Positions 27,235 through 34,992 of a stretch of 34,992 bases of DNA are shown here, in pieces; the stretch's first letter is position 1, and each line of letters starts with the position of its first letter. The notes under the pieces are model-generated. The model worked only from the letters and a program-made list of their open reading frames with translations. It did not search any database and was not told the origin of the DNA. Made by a program: the position numbers and the translations under genes. This DNA is from Bdellovibrionota bacterium (GTDB lineage Bacteria; Bdellovibrionota_C; UBA2361; OMII01): contig JBIJBE010000038.1 of the NCBI GenBank assembly GCA_044345405.1, positions 1 to 34,992 on the forward strand. The letters are read 5' to 3'.

Positions 27235-27251
27235 ATGCAACTGAGTTGCGA
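27235..27251. promoter_or_regulatory. putative Zur box 4 (ATGCAACTGAGTTGCGA) within the promoter of the PLP operon
   Basis: minus strand reads TTGCTT-18 bp containing the box-TAAGAT; ~26 bp upstream of ATG 27209. Confidence 0.78.
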
Positions 27252-27338
27252 AAGCAAGACCTCGCCCCAAGCGCTTTTCGGTCTGATGAACAGGGGAGCC
27301 GAATTTCACGTGTAATGAGCGACTTGAGCTGCCAATGA

Positions 27339-27354
27339 TGGCGGACCGCCCCCT
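27339..27354. repeat. 16-bp direct repeat copy 1 (copy 2 at 27624-27639), each leading into a CCCC/GGGG hairpin
   Basis: TGGCGGACCGCCCCCT identical in both copies. Confidence 0.75.
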
Positions 27355-27407
27355 GAAGGGGCCGATGTTAGCCAATCTCGTCCGTCTTCTAAAGAAGACG
27401 AGACGGA

Positions 27408-27463
27408 TGGCGGAGCCGACCCCCCTTCGCTAAAGCTTCGGGGGGCATGCGGGACTCGAACCC
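27408..27463 (-). repeat. duplicated 3' end of tRNA-Asp (att-like) interrupted by a 30-bp palindromic insert
   Basis: TGGCGGAGCCGAC + CCCCCTTCGCTAAAGCTTCGGGGGGCATGC + GGGACTCGAACCC; flanks equal 27706-27731. Confidence 0.8.
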
Positions 27464-27705
27464 TGCTATGAAAGAAACGCTGCGCTAGCTTTCCCCTTCG
27501 CACCTACGGCGCTACGTGGGACAAGCGCGTCTTATTATTGGGGGGATATGTTATCGGGGTGAAGCACGCTTCCCGCGTGCGGGAGGGGCGAAGCCCCTGC
27601 GCGACAGCGCGGAGCGGGAATAGTGGCGGACCGCCCCCTAAAGGGGGCGAGTCTCGCCAATCGCCCGTGAAGATATTTGAAGCTATGAAGATGTTTGAGG
27701 GCGAT

Positions 27706-27782
<77 letters not shown>

Positions 27783-28036
27783 GCATACTGTGTGAACAGT
27801 GGGTGGTTAAGTACCTAAAAATGAGATCGAAGTAAAGATTTCGGACGAGGTCTTTTGCATCAATATGATATCTCGGGAGGGATACGTCGAGAAACGAGGG
27901 GGTTAGGCACCTGATTTGAGGGGATCTGAATCCTCTACGCTTCGACAACTTCTCAAAGTTATTTTACACTTAGCTCGCTTTCGGTGGGTTGGACGGGTGT
28001 TTGACCCCCATCTTTTTGTAACGGACGAGGTTTCAC

Positions 28037-30733
28037 GTGGCCGAATATTCACCTTCAAGTATCGAACCCAAATGGCAGTCATATTGGGCGAAGAACACTA
28101 CCTTCAAGACGGGCGAGACGGGGAAGGAGAAGGTCTACGTTCTCGATATGTTCCCGTATCCATCCGGGTCGGGTCTCCACATCGGACATCCGCTCGGATA
28201 CACCGCTACCGATATCTACTCACGCTACAAGCGCATGAAGGGGTTCGATGTTCTTCACCCGATGGGGTGGGACGCGTTCGGTCTTCCCGCTGAGCAACAC
28301 GCCGTGAATACGGGAGAGCATCCCGCGATCATCACCGCGAAGAACTGCCAAACGTTCGCCCGGCAGATGAAGGAGCTTGGCTTCTCGTACGATTGGGATC
28401 GAGAGATCTCAACAACGAACGAGGACTACTATAAGTGGACGCAGTGGATCTTTGTTCTCCTCTATAATTCATATTTCGATGAGAAGGAGCAAAAGGCTCG
28501 CCCTATTGAGGAGCTTCCGATCCCAGCGGATATCGCGAAGCAGGGTGAGGTTGCGGTTCAGGCCTACCAAGCTGAACACCGCCTCGCGTACTACGCTGAC
28601 GCGATGGTGAACTGGTGTCCGGCGCTTGGAACGGTTCTCGCGAATGAAGAGGTTATTGACGGTAAATCTGAGCGTGGAAACCACGACGTTGTCCGTAAGC
28701 CGATGAAGCAGTGGATGATGCGGATTACGAAGTACTCTGAGCGTCTTCTCTCTGAGCTTGAGGAGGTTGATTGGCCCGAGGCGATTAAGGAGCAACAGCG
28801 AAACTGGATCGGCCGAAAGACCGGTGCGGAGATCAACTTCAACGTTGAGGGAACAGACAAGGAGCTCATCGCGTTTACGACCCGCGCGGATACCCTTTTC
28901 GGTGTGACCTTCTTCGTGATCGCCCCTGAGCATCCCCTTGTTGATGAGGTCACGACCGACGCCTGCCGCGATAGCGTTTCGGCGTATCGTGAGAAGGCCG
29001 CTCGCATGAGTGACTTCGATCGAACCTTTGAGAACCGCAAGAAGACCGGTGTCTTCACCGGTGGATATGTGAAGAACCCGATCACGGGTGAGAAGGTTCC
29101 GGTGTACGTTGGCGACTACGTCTTGGCAACGTTTGGAACGGGCGCGGTGATGGGCGTTCCGGCGCATGATGAGCGTGACTTTGAGTTCGCGCGCACCTTT
29201 AATCTTCCGATCGTCCCCGTTCTTGTTCCCACGCAGGCCGCCGAGAAGGTGATCGCGGCGGTTAAGGAAGGGGAGGTCTCCTGGACTGACGCCGGCGTGA
29301 TGCTTCCAAACGCGCACCCCGTAGCACTTGAGCTGAAACTTGAGGGGATTCCGAACGAGGAAGCGGCGGCGCGGATCGTCTCGTGGCTCGCCAAGAACTC
29401 ATTCGGTCGTAAGGTTGTTAATTACAAGCTTCGTGACTGGCTCTTCTCTCGTCAACGTTACTGGGGTGAGCCGATCCCGATCATCCACTGGGAAGATGGG
29501 ACATCTACATCGCTCTCTGCGAGCGAATTGCCCCTTCTTTTGCCGAAGGTTGAGGATTACAAGCCCTCAGATGGGGGCGAGTCCCCACTCGCGAAGGCGA
29601 CCGAGTGGCTGTACGTCACGGATCCGAAGACGGGCAAGAAGGGTAAGCGCGAGACGAACACGATGCCGCAGTGGGCCGGTTCGTGTTGGTACTACCTCCG
29701 CTTCATCGATCCAAAGAACCCGAACGCGGCGTGGGATCCTGCGCTTGAGAAGAAGTGGATGCCGGTTGATCTCTACGTCGGTGGAGCGGAGCACGCGGTG
29801 TTACACCTGCTCTACTCACGGTTCTGGCACAAGGTGCTCTACGATCTCGGAAAGGTCTCCACAAAGGAGCCGTTCAAGAAGCTCTTTAACCAGGGAATGA
29901 TTCAGTCGCACGCGTTTAAGGATAAGCGTGGGGCGCTCGTATCCGTTGACCTTGTGAAAGAGGAATCCGACGGTTCCTTCACGCATACGGAGACTGGCGA
30001 GAAGCTTGAGCGCATCGTGGCGAAGATGTCGAAGTCGCTCAAGAACGTTATTAACCCCGACGAGGTGGTGAAGCAGTTCGGCGCCGATACCCTTCGTACC
30101 TATCTCATGTTCATGGGGCCACTTGAGGCGTCACGGCCGTGGGATTCAAAGGCTATTAACGGTAATCACCGCTTCCTTCGACGCGCCTTCGCGTTTGTAA
30201 CGGGGGGCGCTGAGAGCGGTGTTCGTGAAACAGTAGCCGTGGACGTCGAGGCCGAAGAGATCCGTCGAGCCATCAACAAGGTGGTAAAGAAGATCGGCGA
30301 GGACCTGGAGGGCTTGCGCTTCAACACTCCGATCTCAACGATGATGGAGTTTCTCAACACCGTCGGTGACAAGCCGGTATCGAGGGATACCCTTGAGAAG
30401 TTTGTGGCGGTCTTGTGTCCGTTCGCGCCGCACCTCGCTGAGGAGTTGTGGGAGCGATTGGGGCATACAACAGCCGCGAGCCTCTCTCCGTGGCCGAGCT
30501 TTGATCCAGCGCTCGTGCAGGATGACGTGGTGACGGTGGTGATTCAGATCGGTGGTAAGAAGCGAGCGACGGTAGAGGTTCCGCCTTCTATCGCTGAAGC
30601 GGAACTCAAGGCCAAGGTGATTGAGGCGATGGCTGGTACCGCCTATAAGGTGGGCACCGGTGACCGATTTATCACGGTGTTTACTACGGGAACGAAGATT
30701 CCGAGGTTGGTCAACGTCCTGCCACAGGGCTAA
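28037..30733 (+). CDS. leuS: leucine--tRNA ligase
   Basis: MFPYPSG, HIGH, GWDAFGLPAE, RDWLFSRQRYWG, KMSKS; CP1 editing domain. Confidence 0.98.
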   Translation: MAEYSPSSIEPKWQSYWAKNTTFKTGETGKEKVYVLDMFPYPSGSGLHIGHPLGYTATDIYSRYKRMKGFDVLHPMGWDAFGLPAEQHAVNTGEHPAIITAKNCQTFARQMKELGFSYDWDREISTTNEDYYKWTQWIFVLLYNSYFDEKEQKARPIEELPIPADIAKQGEVAVQAYQAEHRLAYYADAMVNWCPALGTVLANEEVIDGKSERGNHDVVRKPMKQWMMRITKYSERLLSELEEVDWPEAIKEQQRNWIGRKTGAEINFNVEGTDKELIAFTTRADTLFGVTFFVIAPEHPLVDEVTTDACRDSVSAYREKAARMSDFDRTFENRKKTGVFTGGYVKNPITGEKVPVYVGDYVLATFGTGAVMGVPAHDERDFEFARTFNLPIVPVLVPTQAAEKVIAAVKEGEVSWTDAGVMLPNAHPVALELKLEGIPNEEAAARIVSWLAKNSFGRKVVNYKLRDWLFSRQRYWGEPIPIIHWEDGTSTSLSASELPLLLPKVEDYKPSDGGESPLAKATEWLYVTDPKTGKKGKRETNTMPQWAGSCWYYLRFIDPKNPNAAWDPALEKKWMPVDLYVGGAEHAVLHLLYSRFWHKVLYDLGKVSTKEPFKKLFNQGMIQSHAFKDKRGALVSVDLVKEESDGSFTHTETGEKLERIVAKMSKSLKNVINPDEVVKQFGADTLRTYLMFMGPLEASRPWDSKAINGNHRFLRRAFAFVTGGAESGVRETVAVDVEAEEIRRAINKVVKKIGEDLEGLRFNTPISTMMEFLNTVGDKPVSRDTLEKFVAVLCPFAPHLAEELWERLGHTTAASLSPWPSFDPALVQDDVVTVVIQIGGKKRATVEVPPSIAEAELKAKVIEAMAGTAYKVGTGDRFITVFTTGTKIPRLVNVLPQG

Positions 30734-30753
30734 GGCTCTTAGAACGAGAACTC

Positions 30754-30801
30754 AGAAACGCCGCATACGACCCGCTTTTCGGGCTCGCATGCGGCGTTTC
30801 T
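30754..30801 (+). terminator. long hairpin after leuS, probable terminator
   Basis: AGAAACGCCGCAT / ATGCGGCGTTTCT perfect arms with inner CCCG/CGGG stem. Confidence 0.6.
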
Positions 30802-30911
30802 CTATCCCGGGAGCCTGGCATGGACCATGGCTCGCCAGACCTTCCCTCAATTATTCTCTTGCCCTCTCAATAGGTCGTGCGATGCTCGGACCGTATCGAC
30901 GAGAGTGCGCT

Positions 30912-33419
30912 ATGTTTCCCTCGAACCAACCTCATTCGAATCAGGTCGGCGGGGTCCCTCGGGATCTCATCATTAGGGCGTGCATTCAGGGCAATGTGGG
31001 ATTCACTCCGGTTGTGGAGGCGTATGACGCCTGCGTCGCGAGACTTCCTCAGTCGGGGCTCTCCCGAGAGGAGCGAGACCGCTGCGCCCAAAGTCTAGGG
31101 ACGATATTCAATAATTTTATCGAGACCGGTAATTGGAAGGCGCTCCAGGAGGTGCAGTTCGATCGTGGTCTCGATGGGGTTGAGGTCGTGGACCGATTGG
31201 AGGTCGCGGAGCTGGTCAGTGAGCTTCTCGTGGTCCCTCGTATCTCAAGTCGGGATGAGAGTTTGCGGGAGCAGATCGCCTTTTCCTGTCTCAAGGATAT
31301 TTTTTCCGCTCCGCTCGCACCATCGGCAAGCGCGATGTCGGAGCTTCAAACCTTTTTGAAGAACGCTCCCGCGTTTATTGATCGGATCCTGGCTTTTGAG
31401 CGATCCCGTCAACAACTGCCGGAGAGTCGGGATCTTACGCCGACCGATATCCGCTTCCTGTATCGGGCCGACGAGGTTGTCGTGAGTAATCTCCGGTTGC
31501 TTATTGATAACTCAATGCCCGCCGATGTGTGCGCGAAGATCAGTGAGACCTTCATTCGTATCGAAAAGCAGTCTCTGCGTGATGAGGTCGTCGACATGTG
31601 GAAGTGGTTCGCGCACTCCTCGATGTGCTCCTCAGTGGTTGATGAACCCCGAGTTCCGGAGCCTGTGGGACGACCCGCGCTCCTTGGAGCGATTAAGGGA
31701 CACCAGTTTCCGGGGAGGAGGTTCAATTTAGGTGGCCCACAGATTGTGCATCAGTTTCCCGTATCCCTTCCGGACTCACCTCACCCGTGGCGCTACTTCG
31801 CGCAGCGGTTGACCGCGCTAGGATCGATCAAAGACACGCACGTGCGTGATAGTCGCGTCGCCGCCTTTGTTGTTTCCTTCCGCGAATACTTCGCGGCGCA
31901 GTCGTTCTACAAACAGGAGGAGGAATATTTTCGGGAGATTAATCTGCTTGGCAGGGGATCTAAAGAGGCGCGCTCCTTTTATTCTGAGGTGTATGGCATC
32001 GATAGCCCTCCCGGTCCCGAAAATTCTAGGATGATCGAGAAGCCCCTTCGAGAGGCCGCGCAGGCGTTCCGATTGATGGCGGCGGCTCGGTACGGACTCA
32101 ATGTACGGAAGGGGTATACCCGAAGCTTGAAAGAATCCAATAAGTGGCTTTTGGAGCACCTGGCGGATGAGCTCAAGGGGGAGTGTATTCGATATCGATA
32201 TAAAGATATCGAGGCCTATCCCGGATCGGGAGCGCGACTGCGGGGGCTGGATCCCCGCAACGCGATCGATCTCTCGACCCGTGAATCTCGACAGCGTTGG
32301 CTGAAGATGTGCCCGTGGCTCGCTGCCTCAATGCGAGTTGGAGGAGAGACCGAGTATCACTTCACGCGGGGCTTTAAGGCGATCGCTCGCTCCCTTGAGG
32401 CCGCGGCTCGTCCCCTCTCTCAGGAGTGGGCGCGCAAGGGATCGTATGATGGGGAGCCGTACGCCGCGCTTATCTTTAACGACCACTTTCACAACGATCT
32501 CTTGCCAGAAGTTCGGATGTGGCTCGTGCCTGAACGGGTTTTTCATCGAAAGATCGTGTGGGCTATCGAGAACGGTGTAGATATCAACACCCTCGATCTC
32601 ACACCGGAGGGGCTTGCTGAGGAGGCCGAGGCGCTGAAGCTCCCGATCTTTGATGTTGGTACCTCTTGTTGCCGATGGGCGAGTTTCGCGAACGCGTGGC
32701 CGCACGGAAAAGGGCCAGCGTTTCGGTGGGAGAACTATAACGAGTGGGCGTACTCGCGGTGGCAGTCCCCGCGACATATTCATCGGGGGCTCGCGGGAGA
32801 GCGATATTCGGAGTCCCTTACCCTTCCGGTAGTGGAGGCGATGGTCGCCGCACGGGTCGAGCACGATAAAATTAATCCCATGGTCAATTTCTTTCTCGAC
32901 CTGCACTCCTCCTTCTTGTCGATGGAGGAGGCGTGGGCGAAGGGATACGCCAACGTTGACGAGGCTCCAGCGCGAGAGGAGACTCCACCCTCTCGTGAGT
33001 CAGAGGGAGGCCCTCCGCAACGGCAGGAGGAGGGGACACAGGATAGTGGCGAGCCCTTCGACTTCGCGCCCCAGCGGCTTCGCAATCGGATGTTGGATCA
33101 CTTTCTTGAACTACGTAACCAACTCCTTGATTCTGGCGCGCATCGGAGGAAGCAAAGCAGCAAGGCGCTCGATATCCGCGTTGAGCTGCAGTACACCCGG
33201 CTCTTCGTTCGACAGGAGGGTACCCCGTATATCTCAGGGAGCGATATGATGTTGGTATTTCCCGATGACAAAAAGATCTCCTTGCTCGGTGGTCGCCACC
33301 AGCCAGGAGAGATCGTTACTCAGAGGGTCGAACGGAACGAGCGGATGGAGGCGTTGTGGGACCAACACATCGTGTCCCGCTTCGCGCCGAACAACTGTCC
33401 ACGTATTATCTATCCATAG
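30912..33419 (+). CDS. large hypothetical protein (~835 aa)
   Basis: long uninterrupted ORF; no motif recognised; start reassigned to after the leuS hairpin (uncertain). Confidence 0.65.
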   Translation: MFPSNQPHSNQVGGVPRDLIIRACIQGNVGFTPVVEAYDACVARLPQSGLSREERDRCAQSLGTIFNNFIETGNWKALQEVQFDRGLDGVEVVDRLEVAELVSELLVVPRISSRDESLREQIAFSCLKDIFSAPLAPSASAMSELQTFLKNAPAFIDRILAFERSRQQLPESRDLTPTDIRFLYRADEVVVSNLRLLIDNSMPADVCAKISETFIRIEKQSLRDEVVDMWKWFAHSSMCSSVVDEPRVPEPVGRPALLGAIKGHQFPGRRFNLGGPQIVHQFPVSLPDSPHPWRYFAQRLTALGSIKDTHVRDSRVAAFVVSFREYFAAQSFYKQEEEYFREINLLGRGSKEARSFYSEVYGIDSPPGPENSRMIEKPLREAAQAFRLMAAARYGLNVRKGYTRSLKESNKWLLEHLADELKGECIRYRYKDIEAYPGSGARLRGLDPRNAIDLSTRESRQRWLKMCPWLAASMRVGGETEYHFTRGFKAIARSLEAAARPLSQEWARKGSYDGEPYAALIFNDHFHNDLLPEVRMWLVPERVFHRKIVWAIENGVDINTLDLTPEGLAEEAEALKLPIFDVGTSCCRWASFANAWPHGKGPAFRWENYNEWAYSRWQSPRHIHRGLAGERYSESLTLPVVEAMVAARVEHDKINPMVNFFLDLHSSFLSMEEAWAKGYANVDEAPAREETPPSRESEGGPPQRQEEGTQDSGEPFDFAPQRLRNRMLDHFLELRNQLLDSGAHRRKQSSKALDIRVELQYTRLFVRQEGTPYISGSDMMLVFPDDKKISLLGGRHQPGEIVTQRVERNERMEALWDQHIVSRFAPNNCPRIIYP

Positions 33420-33428
33420 GAGGTGGGT

Positions 33429-33671
33429 ATGATCGTTACTCGAGGTAAAGAAGCGTGTCTACATGAGTTGAGTATGCCGAATCTTCGCGCGGCGCTCGTC
33501 GTGAACGGGGAGCCCGCGGTCGCTCCCACCAAAGATCCTGATGTCGTTCCGACCCGTCCTGATGTTGAGCCTGAACGAGAGCCGAATACCGTTCCTCAGC
33601 GCGATCCGGTGCCAGAGCCGCACGTTGATCCGTGTGAGCGGCCCGGCACGACCTGCCCAGTGCATGAGTAA
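33429..33671 (+). CDS. small Pro/acidic-rich protein (80 aa)
   Basis: GGAGG RBS at 33419-33423; repetitive P-x-x-x-P pattern; C-terminal CERPGTTC. Confidence 0.55.
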   Translation: MIVTRGKEACLHELSMPNLRAALVVNGEPAVAPTKDPDVVPTRPDVEPEREPNTVPQRDPVPEPHVDPCERPGTTCPVHE

Positions 33672-33955
33672 GTAGTTCATGTGTCATTTCGCACCGTATG
33701 GCGAGTAGACGTTACGGCTTGTTCGTTGTACTTCGACAGCGTAGGTCCCTAAAATCGATGGGTTAGGCGTTCCAGCCGCATGAAAGTTTCTTAGTCTTCC
33801 TTTCTTCGATATCCTGCATTTTCAGTGATTCCACGCCAATGGGGGGCTCCAGCGGCGCACGATCTCTTTGTGACAATTTCATACGGGTAGTTCGAGTCTT
33901 GTGCTGTACGAGGTTTTCTCTATCCCCGTTTCGCTTCTAGAAGAAGGAGTGTCAC

Positions 33956-34861
33956 ATGTTTGCGGTTTTTGTGGTTGTCAGCGTCATGGTCGTTACGATC
34001 GTCCTGCATGAGGCAGGGCATCTGGTCGCGGCCCGATTATTCGGGATGTCCGTGTCGACCTTCTCTATCGGCCTCGGGCCGAAGATCTTCGGATTTCGAA
34101 CCCGTCGTGGTCGGATGAGGGAGATCGAGTGGGTCGTGCGTGCCCTCCCACTGGGAGGATATGTGCGCATTCACGGTATGTTCGAAGGTATGCAGGGCCA
34201 AGAGCGCACGTTGCTTCTCTCTGAGGGACGAACCGAAGATGAGAGCGCGATGTTGCTCGCCGCCGATCGCTTGTATTGCAATCAACCTGGGTACAAGCAA
34301 GCGATAGTCATGTCAGCGGGCGTGTGTGTGAATCTGGCGTGCTCGATGGGCACGCTAATCCTCACTCTGTGGTTGCTTGGAGCTCCACAGCCTGTTGATA
34401 AGGTGGACACTGATTCCCCGACCTCTGTGGGAGTTCATCTCCCGAACGAGGGCACTAAGGCGGTGGGACAGCCCATCACGTTGTGGAAGGCTACTGGCCT
34501 GGCCTGCTCGATGGTGAAGGAGGCGAGCGTTGATATGCTCGTTGCTCTCCAGAGGCCGGTCGAAAATGTCAGCTCGCCCATACAGATGGTCGAGCAGACT
34601 AATCGGATCGTGCAGCGAAAGCTGCATCCGGGCTTCATTTGGGTCATGACCTTTGCGGCGTTGAATTGCGCAATCGCGCTCTTCAATATCTTGCCGATTC
34701 CCGCTCTTGACGGTGGGCACCTCGTGTGTGCCATCTTCAAGGGGATCGGCATGCCGGTGCCATTCGTCGTTCAGGTCGTAAGCTCGACAGCCTGCATTTT
34801 GCTGCTCTCGGGTTTGATGGGGTACGGATTGATTCGGGACGTGATTGCGCTGTTGTGGTAA
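33956..34861 (+). CDS. M50 site-2 intramembrane zinc metalloprotease (RseP-like, no obvious PDZ domain)
   Basis: HEAGH, FSIGLGP, LPLGGYV, NILPIPALDGG; AAGGAG RBS. Confidence 0.9.
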   Translation: MFAVFVVVSVMVVTIVLHEAGHLVAARLFGMSVSTFSIGLGPKIFGFRTRRGRMREIEWVVRALPLGGYVRIHGMFEGMQGQERTLLLSEGRTEDESAMLLAADRLYCNQPGYKQAIVMSAGVCVNLACSMGTLILTLWLLGAPQPVDKVDTDSPTSVGVHLPNEGTKAVGQPITLWKATGLACSMVKEASVDMLVALQRPVENVSSPIQMVEQTNRIVQRKLHPGFIWVMTFAALNCAIALFNILPIPALDGGHLVCAIFKGIGMPVPFVVQVVSSTACILLLSGLMGYGLIRDVIALLW

Positions 34862-34886
34862 ATGTACCAAGAAAGGATTAGCTATT

Positions 34887-34936
34887 AGGGGTTCGTTCCT
34901 CTCATGGCCTCATGAGACTCGAACCCCTTCCTTTTT
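34887..34936 (+). terminator. probable intrinsic terminator
   Basis: AGGGGTTCG/CGAACCCCT and TCTCATG/CATGAGA stems followed by TCCTTTTT. Confidence 0.6.
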
Positions 34937-34992
34937 GGGGCGCTACGCTCCAACTCCAAATAACTGCTGAGCGAGTGGCTTCATCGCCTCAA

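Noticed and set aside
27783-28036. T-box leader upstream of leuS
   Set aside because: No T-box consensus or terminator/antiterminator seen; the gap is a divergent promoter region.
28469-29900. Long antisense or alternate-frame ORFs inside leuS (likewise within ppk1 and others)
   Set aside because: Shadow ORFs of strongly supported genes.
30621-30911. First 97 codons of the 932-aa ORF
   Set aside because: Overlaps the leuS 3' end and its terminator hairpin.
33869-33884. TGTGA…TCATA as a CRP/FNR-type site
   Set aside because: Spacing is 5 bp rather than 6, with a mismatch; no supporting context.
34905-34928. GGGGTTCGAGTCTC as a tRNA T-arm remnant
   Set aside because: No acceptor or anticodon arms; better explained as one arm of the terminator hairpin.

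Overview
Bacterial chromosomal window. Housekeeping-type genes lie at both ends: partial ppx, ppk1, a K+/H+ antiporter and oxidoreductases on the left; tRNA-Asp, leuS, an orphan protein and an RseP-like protease on the right. The middle (~9.3-27.3 kb) is a metal-homeostasis region. It encodes a Fur-family regulator (probably Zur) and three different COG0523/CobW GTPases, plus an RcnA-like transporter, small Cys-rich proteins, a WD40 protein and a glycine-oxidase-like flavoprotein. It also holds a 3-gene operon: Y4yA-type PLP decarboxylase, cysteine-synthase/rhodanese fusion and CooC-like ATPase. One palindrome, (A)TGCAAC-N3-GTTGC(A/G), occurs four times (11165, 14576, 19718, 27235), each in or next to a sigma70-like promoter. 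This defines a putative zinc-starvation regulon that includes the PLP operon, my best candidate for an undescribed system (possibly zincophore synthesis). Other structures: a 118-bp MITE-like element (12-bp inverted repeats, 3-bp target duplication), a duplicated tRNA-Asp 3' end interrupted by a palindrome, and a LytTR/outer-membrane-protein pair with direct repeats. All calls are from motif recognition by eye; no searches were run.
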